DNA from: Rothia sp. (in: high G+C Gram-positive bacteria)
GTDB taxonomy: Bacteria; Actinomycetota; Actinomycetes; Actinomycetales; Micrococcaceae
NCBI RefSeq assembly: GCF_030529845.1
Contig: NZ_JAUMWB010000002.1
Direction: 5' to 3' (one strand)
DNA: 64,000 nt
The translations under genes and the position numbers were made by a program. Positions 39,369 to 48,975 of this stretch are shown in pieces (position 1 is the first letter of the stretch; each line of letters starts with the position of its first letter). The notes beneath the pieces are model-generated. The model did not search any database, had not been told where the DNA came from, and saw only the letters and a program-made list of their open reading frames with translations.

Positions 39369-39719
39369 TACCTGCAGGTAAACCTCCCTGACAAGTAAAA
39401 CTAACGAGTACGCTGCGCGGGGTTGACAGGAACCGGTGAACAGGAGAATGATGGATACCAAGATGTCAGGCTGCTAATAGGTAGCCCCGGGCTCCAAATC
39501 TTTAGCCGCTTCGAGCGGCCTTCCGCCGAGAGGCGCTCCCAGCCTGACATCGCTAAACTTCATACCGCAGTTGCCGGGCTCCGCCTCCCTTTCCATGAGG
39601 CAGGTAGTCCGGCACTTGCGTCCGCACCGGGAATCTCACCGAGCTCTCCCCCGTTAACCTTGGCGCGGTACCATAAGCTCAGCACCTGCCCACCCGCCCA
39701 CACCCAGGAGAGCTGGCCC

Positions 39720-40337
39720 ATGCTCCAACGCATGTTCCCCCAAGAGAACACCTCGCTGACCGCCCTAGCCACACTCTCGGAGCAGGTTACAGGTGCTGCA
39801 GCCCTGCTCTCAGAAATGGTGGGCTCCCCCGAAGACCGCTACCCAGAGCTCCTTGAACGCACCCTCACCCACGAAGCTGCAACCCTCGACATGCTGCACA
39901 CCACCATGACCGCTGTGCGTAGCTCCTTCTCAACGCCTATCCCCCGCGAAGACATCTACACCCTGGCTGTCTCACTCAACAACGTGGTTGAAAAGCTCAC
40001 TTCAGCAGCCAACATTCTGCACCTCTACCACATCGTGCGATTCTCGCCCAAGGCAGCTACCCTGCTCGACCTCATCCAGCGCCAGGCAGTGCTGACCACC
40101 GAAATCATCCCCAAACTCAGCACCCTACGCGACCTGGACGACTACTGGATTACTATGCTCCGCATCGCCAAGCAGGCCGTACGCATAGCTGAAGAATACG
40201 ACGCCGACATTCAGGACCGCTACAAGCAGACCCGCTACCTGCAAACCACCCAGTTCGTGCGTAAGCTCATCGAAGCTTCCGAAGCTATGCGTACCGTTGC
40301 CACCGAAATCGGCCGCATTATCGTGCAGGAGTCCTAG
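39720..40337 (+). CDS. DUF47-family protein (PhoU-like phosphate transport regulator associated with Pit)
   Basis: 205 aa from ATG 39720, preceded by AGGAGAG. It is helical and lies immediately upstream of, and overlapping, a PiT transporter gene, the usual DUF47-pit arrangement. Confidence 0.75.
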   Translation: MLQRMFPQENTSLTALATLSEQVTGAAALLSEMVGSPEDRYPELLERTLTHEAATLDMLHTTMTAVRSSFSTPIPREDIYTLAVSLNNVVEKLTSAANILHLYHIVRFSPKAATLLDLIQRQAVLTTEIIPKLSTLRDLDDYWITMLRIAKQAVRIAEEYDADIQDRYKQTRYLQTTQFVRKLIEASEAMRTVATEIGRIIVQES

Positions 40338-41347
40338 TGACTCCTACCCTCTTTGCCCTAGGCTGCCTAGCCCTGATTGCCTTTACCTTCGTCACCGGCT
40401 TTCGAGACGCCCCCAACGCCACCGCCATACCCGTGAAAACCAGGGCCCTCACCCCCAAAATCGCCCTACGCACCAGCGCCCTCTTTAACGCCGTCGGCAT
40501 GGCCATGACCGGCATCATGCTAGGCTCCGTCACCACCCACTGGCTGACCGTACCCCACAACGACACCGGCCTGGGGCTCATTCTTACCGCTCTCATCTCA
40601 GCTATTATCTGGGGCATTATTACCTGGTGGTTCCGTATTCCGTCCTCCTCCACCCACGCCCTCATCGGGGGTCTTGCGGGCGCTGCCTGGGCAGCCCGCG
40701 CTACCGACCTTGGTGCTTTCAATCCCTTCTCTGAGCCCCTTACCACCTTCCTCTTCGTACCCCTCGTACTGGCCCCCATCGTCCTCTTCGTTCTGGCCTG
40801 GGCGGCAGTTTTCCCTTTCTATGGCCTGCTCCAACGCTCCTACCCCTCCACCGTCAACCGCTTCTCCCGCAGTGTGCTGTCCCTCGCCAACTCGCTGATC
40901 TCCCTGATTCACGGAATTCAAACCGGCCAACGCGCCGTCGTCATCTACGCCGTCTTGTTGCTCTCCGCCGGACTCGAAGTTCACCCAACCACCTACATCA
41001 TCTCCGCCCTCTTCCTTGCCATGGTGCTAGGTTTCGGCACAGCCCGAGGTAGCTCCCGCATCGGCTACACCTTCGCCCACCAAATGGTTAAAGTTGACCC
41101 CTTCCGCGGGGCAGTAGCCCAAAGCTCAACGGCCCTGGCTATGGTGCTCTTACAGTTCTTCCTCAACACCCCAGTCTCATCCTCCCATCTGGCAGCCTCC
41201 GCGGTACTCGGCTCAGGAGTCAACCAGCGCTTCGCCGCGGTACGCCACAAAATCGTGCTCCGCATCATCCTCACCTGGTTTATCACCATGCCAGCCTGTT
41301 TTCTGCTCGCCGCTGTTCTCTTTCTGGCACTCTCCCCCCTGCTGTAG
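40337..41347 (+). CDS. inorganic phosphate transporter, PiT family
   Basis: 336 aa and polytopic. The N-terminal FTFVTGFRDAPNA and SSSTHALIGGL motifs are typical of PHO4/PiT. The GTG start overlaps the upstream stop. Confidence 0.85.
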   Translation: MTPTLFALGCLALIAFTFVTGFRDAPNATAIPVKTRALTPKIALRTSALFNAVGMAMTGIMLGSVTTHWLTVPHNDTGLGLILTALISAIIWGIITWWFRIPSSSTHALIGGLAGAAWAARATDLGAFNPFSEPLTTFLFVPLVLAPIVLFVLAWAAVFPFYGLLQRSYPSTVNRFSRSVLSLANSLISLIHGIQTGQRAVVIYAVLLLSAGLEVHPTTYIISALFLAMVLGFGTARGSSRIGYTFAHQMVKVDPFRGAVAQSSTALAMVLLQFFLNTPVSSSHLAASAVLGSGVNQRFAAVRHKIVLRIILTWFITMPACFLLAAVLFLALSPLL

Positions 41348-41486
41348 CGCTCCCACCCCAAACAATGCGAGACTAGACTGTATATAAGAAACCACTCGCA
41401 CCACCTCAAAGCTGCCCACCAGGCACGGGCACATCGAAGCGCTCCCCCGTAGCGCACCCACGCTTTGTGAAAGGAAACCGCTAATC

Positions 41487-42971
41487 ATGCCTCGCATTCT
41501 TGTGCTTGCAGACCTAGGGCAGTCTGTGTACCACGTTGGCGACGAAGCTATGGGCATCGCAACCGCCGCTGAGCTCACCCGCCGCGGCTACGAAGTCTAT
41601 ATCGCTACCCGCTCTGTTGAGCACTCCCAGGCCTATATCGGCACCGCTACCGGCTATATCAAGACTCTCGATTTCCCGGTTCCCCCTGCCGAACGCGAAA
41701 TTTTCTTGGGCCAAGTCAGACAGCACCTGGGAGGCCACCCCGCCGCTGAAAATATCACCACCTTTGTACGCCAGGTAGCCGACATGGACGGCATCGTGAT
41801 CGCCGGTGGGGGCAATATGAACTCAGCAACCGGGCACCTGCTCTATGAACGTGCCGCCTACACTATGGTCGCTCAAGCTCATGAGATTCCCCTGGTGATC
41901 TCTAGTCAGTCGGTGGGGCCGGTACTTACAGAGGCAGATGCCGATACCCTGCGCGACATGCTTTCTTCTGCCCAGCTTGTGGGTATGCGGGAAAAATCCT
42001 CCTATACCTGGGCTACCCAGCAGGGCGTTCAAGCCCACCTGATTGTGGACGACGCCACCTTCTACCAGCATCAGAAGCGCTCCCTACCGGGCCGTCCGAT
42101 CGTTGATCTGCCCGAACACTACATTTGCGCTACTTTCTCAGGTCTCGCCCCGGGGCAGGCCCGGGTCATCGGTCAGCTGCTTGACGATATGCACCGCGAA
42201 TACGGCCTACGCACCGTTTTCCTACCCCATATGGGTGAGCCCCTCACCGATCAGGGAGACGTAGCGGTCCACGCTGAGATCGCCTCGCATATGTTCTCCA
42301 ACCCTGTGCAGCTGCCCATGGTGCACGCGGACGACGCCGTGCAGGTTCACCGCGGTGCCTTCATCGCGGTCTCTACCCGCTACCACCCCGGCATCTTCTC
42401 ACTCTCAGCAGGTGTTCCCTTTGTAGCCCTATTACCCGATGCCTTCACCGACATGCGGGTACGCGGCATGATGGAACAGTACGGGGCTGAAAACTATGCT
42501 ATCCCTCTGGCTTTGCTCAACTCTGATGCACCTGCCGAGGCCCTACACGAAGTGATCCAACTCCGCAATGAACTCTCTGAGACCCTGCTAGCACGGGCTG
42601 AGCAGCTCCGCGGCTTCTCCGCCAGCTGGTGGGACGCCGCCTCCCAGGTCCTCCTGCACGGGGCAGGGCAGGCTGCCCCGGCCGTCCGCGATCTGGGTGA
42701 TACCCCCACTATCTTCACCGGTGAGTGGAATATTACTAACCTTCTGGTACGCGACGACATCGCAGAGATTTCTCTAGCTGCTGCCCGCGCCAGCGCAGAG
42801 ACCGACCGAGCCCTCTCCTGGGACTACCAGCGTCTACTCCAGCGCGACCGGGCCCAGGCCCGAGCAGACGAGCTAGAGCGTCGTAACGCTGAGCTGGCTG
42901 ACTCCCTGATTGAAGCCGAAGAAAACGCCACCCTGCGCGGCTGGATGCGCCGCAAGATGCGCGGCGAGTAG
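41487..42971 (+). CDS. polysaccharide pyruvyl transferase family protein with C-terminal coiled-coil tail
   Basis: The N-terminal ILVLADLGQSVYHVGDEAM and IAGGGNM motifs resemble PS_pyruv_trans. The last 70 aa or so are charged and helical (RAQARADELERRNAELADSLIEAEEN). Confidence 0.55.
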   Translation: MPRILVLADLGQSVYHVGDEAMGIATAAELTRRGYEVYIATRSVEHSQAYIGTATGYIKTLDFPVPPAEREIFLGQVRQHLGGHPAAENITTFVRQVADMDGIVIAGGGNMNSATGHLLYERAAYTMVAQAHEIPLVISSQSVGPVLTEADADTLRDMLSSAQLVGMREKSSYTWATQQGVQAHLIVDDATFYQHQKRSLPGRPIVDLPEHYICATFSGLAPGQARVIGQLLDDMHREYGLRTVFLPHMGEPLTDQGDVAVHAEIASHMFSNPVQLPMVHADDAVQVHRGAFIAVSTRYHPGIFSLSAGVPFVALLPDAFTDMRVRGMMEQYGAENYAIPLALLNSDAPAEALHEVIQLRNELSETLLARAEQLRGFSASWWDAASQVLLHGAGQAAPAVRDLGDTPTIFTGEWNITNLLVRDDIAEISLAAARASAETDRALSWDYQRLLQRDRAQARADELERRNAELADSLIEAEENATLRGWMRRKMRGE

Positions 42972-43030
42972 CCACGCACCGGCAGATAAGATGCACCCCT
43001 GTATAAGCCAGCCGGGGTGCCAGATAAAAA

Positions 43031-43082
43031 GCCGCCCGACCCCGTCCTTTCCAGCAGCGAAAGGAGTTAGGGGCCGGGCGGC
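43031..43082. terminator. long stem-loop between convergent genes
   Basis: gccgcccgacccc ... ggggccgggcggc (one mismatch) with an inner ctttc/gaaag stem. Confidence 0.45.
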
Positions 43083-43177
43083 ACACACATTCCCATGGTG
43101 TTCCCTCATCCGCACAGCTACGGGTGAGGGAAGTTTTGTTATGTCCGCTTAGAGCGGGCGATAGCGGGGCGCTAGGC

Positions 43178-43957
43178 TTAGCCGAAGCGGCCGGAGACAT
43201 AGTCTTCGGTGGCCTTCTGGCTGGGGTTGTTGAAGATTTCCTGGGTGGGGGCGTACTCGATGAGCTTGCCGGGTTTGCCGGTGCCCGCGATGTTGAAGAA
43301 GGCGGTCTTGTCTGAGACACGGGCTGCCTGCTGCATATTGTGGGTCACGATGACAACGGTGAAGTTTTCCTTGAGTTCGTTGATGAGGTCTTCAACAGCC
43401 AGGGTTGAGATGGGGTCAAGGGCGGAGCAGGGCTCGTCCATAAGGATCACGTCGGGCTTAACCGCGATGGAACGGGCGATGCACAGACGCTGCTGCTGAC
43501 CACCGGAGAGGCCAGAACCGGGCTTGTCGAGGCGGTCCTTGACCTCGTTCCAGAGGTTAGCACCACGCAGGGAGGATTCGACCAGCTCGTCTGCGTCGGT
43601 CTTGGAAATCTTGCGGTTGTTGAGCTTCACACCCGCTAGCACGTTCTCGCGAATGGACATGGTGGGGAAGGGGTTGGGGCGCTGGAAGACCATACCGATT
43701 TGGGAACGGACGGCCACGGGGTCAACGCCCTTGCCGTAGAGGTTTTCGCCGTCGAGCAGTACCTTACCTTCAACGCGGGCACCGGGGATCACCTCGTGCA
43801 TGCGGTTGAGAGTGCGCAGGAAGGTTGACTTGCCGCAACCTGAGGGGCCGATGAAGGCGGTGACGGTGCGGGGCTCGATTTCCATGGAGATGTCTTCTAC
43901 CGCGAGGAAGTCGCCGTAGTATACGTTCAGGTTTTCAACGTCGATGCGCTTTGACAT
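43178..43957 (-). CDS. pstB: phosphate ABC transporter ATP-binding protein
   Basis: Walker [10 protein letters not shown], signature LSGGQQQRL, Walker [12 protein letters not shown]. Last gene of the pstSCAB cluster. Confidence 0.95.
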   Translation of the reverse strand: MSKRIDVENLNVYYGDFLAVEDISMEIEPRTVTAFIGPSGCGKSTFLRTLNRMHEVIPGARVEGKVLLDGENLYGKGVDPVAVRSQIGMVFQRPNPFPTMSIRENVLAGVKLNNRKISKTDADELVESSLRGANLWNEVKDRLDKPGSGLSGGQQQRLCIARSIAVKPDVILMDEPCSALDPISTLAVEDLINELKENFTVVIVTHNMQQAARVSDKTAFFNIAGTGKPGKLIEYAPTQEIFNNPSQKATEDYVSGRFG

Positions 43958-44017
43958 GGAGTTTCCTTTTTCTAAAAGTCTTGGGGCCGGGTAAAGCTCA
44001 TAGGCTTTTCGTGGGTC

Positions 44018-45115
44018 TTATCGGCCGGTCTTGGGGGCGAAGATCTTGGCGATAGTACGGGCAATGAGGTTCAGTACCATCACAATGATGATGAGGATTA
44101 GCGCGGCGGCCCAGGCGCGGGTCTCGGAGACGGACGCGGCGGTGGGGCTGGTGGGCGTCATGATCTGGTAGTAGATGTAGGTGGGCAGGGTTGCCATCCA
44201 GCCGCTGAAGGCGTTCCAGTTGATGGAGGTGACGAAACCTGCGGTGACCAGAATCGGCGCGGTTTCACCAATGACACGGGCAATGGCCAGGGTCACGCCG
44301 GAGGCGATACCTGAGATAGCGGTGGGGATAACCACCTTCATAATAGTGCGCCATTTGCGCACGCCCAGGGCGTAGGAAGCCTCGCGTAGCTCGTTGGGTA
44401 CGATACGCAGCATTTCTTCGGCGTTACGTACCACGGTAGGAATCATGAGGACGGACAGGGCCACGGCTGCTACCAGGCCCATGCGGTTCATGGGGTTGCC
44501 CGATACCAGGGCAAAGAAGGAGGCTGCGAAAAGACCAGCCACGATGGAGGGGATGCCGGTCATGACGTCTACGAAGAAGGTGATGGCCTTGGAGAGCCAT
44601 TTGCCCTGACCGTATTCCACCAGGTAGATAGCGGTCAGCAGACCAATGGGTACCGAGATGACGGTGGCCAGCAGGGTGATTTCCAGGGTACCGATGATGG
44701 CGTGGTAGATACCGCCGAATACGGGGCCTTCACCGGCGGCTGCGGCGTTGTCGTGGACGCCGGTGACGCCCTTCATGGAGGTGCTCAGAAAGCTACCTGA
44801 CAGGCCTGGAATACCCTTAGAGAGTACGGTGTAGAGCACCGAGACCAGGGGGATGAGGGCGATGAGGAAGGTGCCGTAGACCAGGTAGCGGGCAAAAGCG
44901 TCCTGTCCCTTGCGCTTACCTTCGAAGGAGCTGACGGCCAGGGGGCCGGTAATGACGAAGATGAGGCCGGCGAAGAGGGCGAAGGTGGCGATGGTAAAGC
45001 CGGTCAGCGCACTGACGGCGGCACCCAGAATCAGAGCTCCTGCACCGACAGCCAGGGGGAGCCATTTGGGGGCCTGGCGGCTGGCGAAGCGGGATGAGGT
45101 GGTAGCTACAGACAT
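44018..45115 (-). CDS. pstA: phosphate ABC transporter permease
   Basis: Polytopic BPD_transp_1 permease between pstC and pstB. EAS-type loop (ELREASYALGVRKW). Confidence 0.9.
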   Translation of the reverse strand: MSVATTSSRFASRQAPKWLPLAVGAGALILGAAVSALTGFTIATFALFAGLIFVITGPLAVSSFEGKRKGQDAFARYLVYGTFLIALIPLVSVLYTVLSKGIPGLSGSFLSTSMKGVTGVHDNAAAAGEGPVFGGIYHAIIGTLEITLLATVISVPIGLLTAIYLVEYGQGKWLSKAITFFVDVMTGIPSIVAGLFAASFFALVSGNPMNRMGLVAAVALSVLMIPTVVRNAEEMLRIVPNELREASYALGVRKWRTIMKVVIPTAISGIASGVTLAIARVIGETAPILVTAGFVTSINWNAFSGWMATLPTYIYYQIMTPTSPTAASVSETRAWAAALILIIIVMVLNLIARTIAKIFAPKTGR

Positions 45116-46083
45116 TAGTTAGCTCCTGAGAAGTCCTTGTAGCGGGCCACGATCATGCGGGCCAGGATGTTGACGATGAGGGTGATGACGAAGAGCACCA
45201 GGCCGGCTGCAATCAGCTCAGACATGCGCAGGCCGTAGGCTTCGGGGAAGTTGAGGGCAATTTCTGAGGCGAAGGTCTGGTTACCGGACTTGATGAGGGA
45301 GGCGGTGAGCGGGCCGGACGCCAGCACCAGGGTCACTGCCATGGTTTCGCCCAGGGCGCGCCCCAGGGCCAGCATAACGGAAGAGATGATACCGGTGCGG
45401 GCGAAGGGGAAGACGGTCATGCGAATCATTTCCCAGCGGGTCGCGCCCAGACCCAGAGCTGCCTCTTCCTGCAGGGTGGGGGTCTGAATGAAGATTTCGC
45501 GGCACATGGAGGTGATAATCGGCAGAATCATAATGCCCAGCACGATGCCCGCGGTCAGGATGGTTTTACCGGTCTGTGAGGCGGGGCCTTCGAAGATAGG
45601 GATAAAGCCCAGGTAGGTGGCGAGCCAGTCGTAGAAGGGCACAATCTTGGGTGCCAGGACGGAAGCACCCCAGGCGCCGAAAATGACGGAGGGGATGGCG
45701 GCAAGCAAGTCGATGACGTAGCCGATACCCTTGGCCAGCTTGCGGGGGGCGTAGTGGGAGATAAAGAGGGCTACGCCGATGCCGATGGGGGTTGCCAGAA
45801 GCAGGGCGATGGTTGAGGCGATGAGGGTGCCGATGGTCAGCGGGATGATGTACTGGAAGAAACTGCCGCTGGTGAGGTCTGCTGAATCTGCGGTGAAAAC
45901 CGGCATAGCCTGAGCTACGAGGAAGATAGCGACAGCTGCCAGAACTACGAGAATGAGGACGCCGGAGCCAAGAGAGATACCCGAGAAAATCTTATCTGCT
46001 GCCGGGTTGCCGACCTGGGGCAGGTCCTTGGTTTTCGCGCGGGCGCTGCTGGTGCCCGGCTGCGGTGCTGCTGTGGTTGACAT
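45115..46083 (-). CDS. pstC: phosphate ABC transporter permease
   Basis: Polytopic permease with LQEEAALGLGATRWEM loop. Lies downstream of pstS. Confidence 0.9.
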   Translation of the reverse strand: MSTTAAPQPGTSSARAKTKDLPQVGNPAADKIFSGISLGSGVLILVVLAAVAIFLVAQAMPVFTADSADLTSGSFFQYIIPLTIGTLIASTIALLLATPIGIGVALFISHYAPRKLAKGIGYVIDLLAAIPSVIFGAWGASVLAPKIVPFYDWLATYLGFIPIFEGPASQTGKTILTAGIVLGIMILPIITSMCREIFIQTPTLQEEAALGLGATRWEMIRMTVFPFARTGIISSVMLALGRALGETMAVTLVLASGPLTASLIKSGNQTFASEIALNFPEAYGLRMSELIAAGLVLFVITLIVNILARMIVARYKDFSGAN

Positions 46084-46118
46084 GGGAATGTGAAGCCTTT
46101 GTCGTTTTGACGCATTTC

Positions 46119-46153
46119 AAGGTGTGGCCGGGTCTTAGACCCGGCCACACCTT
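46119..46153 (-). terminator. intercistronic stem-loop between pstS and pstC
   Basis: 16-bp perfect stem aaggtgtggccgggtc / gacccggccacacctt with a 3-nt loop. The position is typical of a pstS-distal attenuator/stabiliser hairpin. Confidence 0.5.
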
Positions 46154-46166
46154 GTAGAGTGCGGTG

Positions 46167-47276
46167 TTACTGGGTAACGGTGATGGACTCGATAGCCTTC
46201 TGAGCGTCAGCGATGAGGGCGCTGGTCAGGGGGGCTGAGTGGGCTGCATCCGCTGCGTCCTGCTGGCCCTGCTCTGAAACTACGTAGTTTTCGTAGGCCT
46301 TGACTAGGGCGACGTCGTCTTCAGATGAGTAGCCGGAGCAGACGATGTGGTAGGAGACCAGCACAACGGGGTAGGCGGTGGAGTCCTCGGGGGTGCGGTT
46401 GACCTCGATGGCCATATCGTTTTCGTTCTGGCCACCTACGCGCTCGGAGAGCTCTACGGTCTTGGCTGCTGCTTCTGCTGACAGCTCGACGTAGGAGTCG
46501 CCAACCTTGACGTTGATCTTGCCCAGGTCACCGATCGCTGAGGCGTCAGCGTAGGTGATAGCACCCTCGGTGGATGAGGTGGTGGATACAACGCCGGAGG
46601 TACCCTTGTTGGATTCACCGGCATACTGTGAGGGCCAGTTGCCGTCGGCTTCTACATCCCAAGCGCCGTTGGAGGCTGCTGCCAGGTACTCGGTGAAGTT
46701 TTCGGTAGTGCCGGAGTCATCGGAACGGTGAACCACGGTGATATTGGTGTCGGGCAGCTCTACACCGGCGTTCTGTTCTGCGATGGCAGCGTCGTTCCAG
46801 GTGGTGATTTCGCCCTTGAAAATCTTGGCGATGGTTTCACCGTCCAGGTTCAGGGAGTCAACGCCGGGTAGGTTGAAGGCGATAGCAACGGGTGAGATGT
46901 AGACGGGGATGTTGATAGCGCCGCCATCACCGCAGGCCTCCTTGGACTGCTCCCATTCCTCGGCCTTGAGGGCGCGGTCTGAGCCAGCAAACTTAGCACC
47001 ACCTGCGAGCAGAGCTTCGCGGCCTGCACCGGAGCCGTCCGGTGAGTACTGGACGGTGCCGCCCAGGTTGGCGAAACCGGTTTCCCAGGCGGTGATGGCG
47101 GCCTGCTGGGAGGAGGCGCCGACGCCGGTCAGGGGGGTGGAGGGCAGGGAAGCTGCGCTGGAGCCTGCGTCTGAAGAGGTCGCAGTGCCGGTTGCGTTGT
47201 CTGAACCGCAAGCGGTGAATGCGAGTGCGCCTACAGCTGCAAGTGAGCCCCAACGAGCAAGTGACTTAGCCTTCAC
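46167..47276 (-). CDS. pstS: phosphate ABC transporter substrate-binding lipoprotein
   Basis: Signal peptide with lipobox (ALAFTAC) and PBP-like domain. First gene of the pst cluster. Confidence 0.9.
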   Translation of the reverse strand: MKAKSLARWGSLAAVGALAFTACGSDNATGTATSSDAGSSAASLPSTPLTGVGASSQQAAITAWETGFANLGGTVQYSPDGSGAGREALLAGGAKFAGSDRALKAEEWEQSKEACGDGGAINIPVYISPVAIAFNLPGVDSLNLDGETIAKIFKGEITTWNDAAIAEQNAGVELPDTNITVVHRSDDSGTTENFTEYLAAASNGAWDVEADGNWPSQYAGESNKGTSGVVSTTSSTEGAITYADASAIGDLGKINVKVGDSYVELSAEAAAKTVELSERVGGQNENDMAIEVNRTPEDSTAYPVVLVSYHIVCSGYSSEDDVALVKAYENYVVSEQGQQDAADAAHSAPLTSALIADAQKAIESITVTQ

Positions 47277-47343
47277 AGATGACTTCCTTAGAGTTTGTGT
47301 GCCCTGCCCGGCCTCGTGATGTGAACTGTGGCGAGGCCGTGAG

Positions 47344-47365
47344 CAGGTGGGAACGGTGTCTAACG
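47344..47365 (-). promoter_or_regulatory. PHO-box-like direct repeat units (proximal pair)
   Basis: The minus strand reads CGTTAGACACC GTTCCCACCTG, two 11-nt units resembling the actinobacterial GTTCACC-core PHO box. They lie about 70-90 nt upstream of the pstS ATG. Confidence 0.4.
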
Positions 47366-47404
47366 CATCTGACTTTAGGAACGTTAGGTAGCAGGTGGGC
47401 TAGC

Positions 47405-47426
47405 AGTGGGTGAACGGTGGGTGAAC
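47405..47426 (-). promoter_or_regulatory. PHO-box-like direct repeat units (distal pair)
   Basis: The minus strand reads GTTCACCCACC GTTCACCCACT, two tandem 11-nt units with the GTTCACC core. A third, weaker unit GCTAGCCCACC follows in phase. Confidence 0.55.
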
Positions 47427-47457
47427 AGGGGGCACACAGTTAGGGTTAAGGACGCCG

Positions 47458-48975
47458 GTGGCCGGGTTTCGGGGGCGGGCTAGAATGGTGGGTATGGGTT
47501 TTGGTCAGCAGGTTGAGAGTTTAAGGGAGCGAGCGCGGGAGCGGAGCCGTCTGGGGTGGCACCGCATGAAGGATGGCTTTTTTCAGTCGCTCCAGATTGT
47601 GGTCTCGGGTATCGGAGCCTATCTTTTTGCAGAAAAGGTGCTGGGGCATACCGAACCGATTTTTGCGGCAACCGCTGCGATTGTGTCCCTGGGGTACATC
47701 ACCGGGGCGACCCATGCCCGCCGCATTCTTGAGGTTTCCTTGGGTGTGACCCTGGGTATTTTGATGGGCGATATGATGATGCTCGCCCTGGGTCGGGGTA
47801 TCTGGCAGGCGGGCATGGTGATGTTCCTGTCGATTATGCTGGCCCGTTTTTTGGATAACGGTATTCTCTTCACCATCCAGATGGGTTTGCAGTCCTGCCT
47901 GGTGGTGCTGCTTCCTCCGAATGTTGATGGCCCCTTTGCTCGTAGTCTAGATGGCATTGTGGGTGGGCTGTGTGCTTTCTTGCTCATGTTCCTTTTCCCC
48001 AAGGATCCCCGCCGTACTCCGCGTGAGAACGCTAAAAAGATGATGGGGTCTTTTGCCATGGTCTTCCGCGATGCTGGTGAGGCTATGGAGCACTATGACG
48101 GTAAGGAGGCCTGGCATGCTCTGGCTTCTGCCCGTCGCCTACAGCCGCTCTATAACACCTGCGAGAAGGACATTATTACTTCTAAGGGTATGGCCCAGCT
48201 AGCTTGGACGGGCCGGTCTCATATGAAGGAGCTTGACCGCTACTCGCAGACGTTGAGCAAGATTGACTACGCTATCCGCAACACCCGGGTGCTTAACCGC
48301 AGGTTAGCCTCAACCATCAATAATGTGCAGATTTCGCAAGAGGCTATTACCTCTATCGCTGAGGCGCTCAAGAGTGTTGGGAACGCGGTGGAGGTGCTGG
48401 GCGAAGGTATGTCTGCTCCTGATGCGGACGTCCGTAATGAGCGCAAGGTCAAGGCCCGCCAGGACCTATCGCAGCTTGCTGGGCGGCTAGAGCCGCACCT
48501 GATGGGCGTGCGCACGATGGAGGCCGAAGCCCTGGTGCTGATGCTGCGGCCCCTGGTGGTTGATCTGCTAGAGGCCTCGGGCCTGACCCACCAGCAGGCA
48601 GTGGATATGCTGGTTCCTCTGGGGGATTCCATGACAGAGCATGCCCCCACCACGACCATGCTCCCGGTGCAGGCAGGTGCGGACGCCGGTAGCCAGCAGG
48701 GCTCTCACCGGCAGCGGGTGGAGCAGAAGCATCGCGACGACACCCGTCAGCTCACCACGGTGTTGCGAGCCAAAGACCGGGCTCCGATTCGGGAGATTCG
48801 GGAGGCCTCGGTGAGGGACCCCCGCAGCATGCCAGCCGTATCGGCAGCGGAAACCGGGGCACAGGCGTCCGCCGGGCTCCGCGAGGGGACAGCCCGGGTG
48901 GAAAAGCAGCAGGCTCTGAACACGGCCCAGCTGACCGTGATCGAGCAGAACCTCAAGAAGGAGAAGGGTAACTAA
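47458..48975 (+). CDS. FUSC/aromatic-acid-exporter-like membrane protein
   Basis: The N-terminal 170 aa or so carry about 5 TM helices, followed by a long cytoplasmic helical domain. The layout resembles FUSC_2/ArAE-family proteins. The start is uncertain (GTG 47458 or nearby ATGs). Confidence 0.55.
   Translation: MAGFRGRARMVGMGFGQQVESLRERARERSRLGWHRMKDGFFQSLQIVVSGIGAYLFAEKVLGHTEPIFAATAAIVSLGYITGATHARRILEVSLGVTLGILMGDMMMLALGRGIWQAGMVMFLSIMLARFLDNGILFTIQMGLQSCLVVLLPPNVDGPFARSLDGIVGGLCAFLLMFLFPKDPRRTPRENAKKMMGSFAMVFRDAGEAMEHYDGKEAWHALASARRLQPLYNTCEKDIITSKGMAQLAWTGRSHMKELDRYSQTLSKIDYAIRNTRVLNRRLASTINNVQISQEAITSIAEALKSVGNAVEVLGEGMSAPDADVRNERKVKARQDLSQLAGRLEPHLMGVRTMEAEALVLMLRPLVVDLLEASGLTHQQAVDMLVPLGDSMTEHAPTTTMLPVQAGADAGSQQGSHRQRVEQKHRDDTRQLTTVLRAKDRAPIREIREASVRDPRSMPAVSAAETGAQASAGLREGTARVEKQQALNTAQLTVIEQNLKKEKGN

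Noticed and set aside
39423-39719. Long version (304 aa) of the DUF47 ORF starting at TTG 39423
   Set aside because: DUF47 proteins are about 205 aa. ATG 39720 has a good AGGAGAG Shine-Dalgarno sequence. The upstream 99 codons are Pro/Ser/Ala-rich and look non-coding.
42736-43320. 194-aa minus-strand ORF spanning the intergenic hairpin and the 3' end of pstB
   Set aside because: It is Pro/Arg/Ser-rich and overlaps both the pyruvyl-transferase end and pstB out of frame. It also crosses a terminator-like hairpin.
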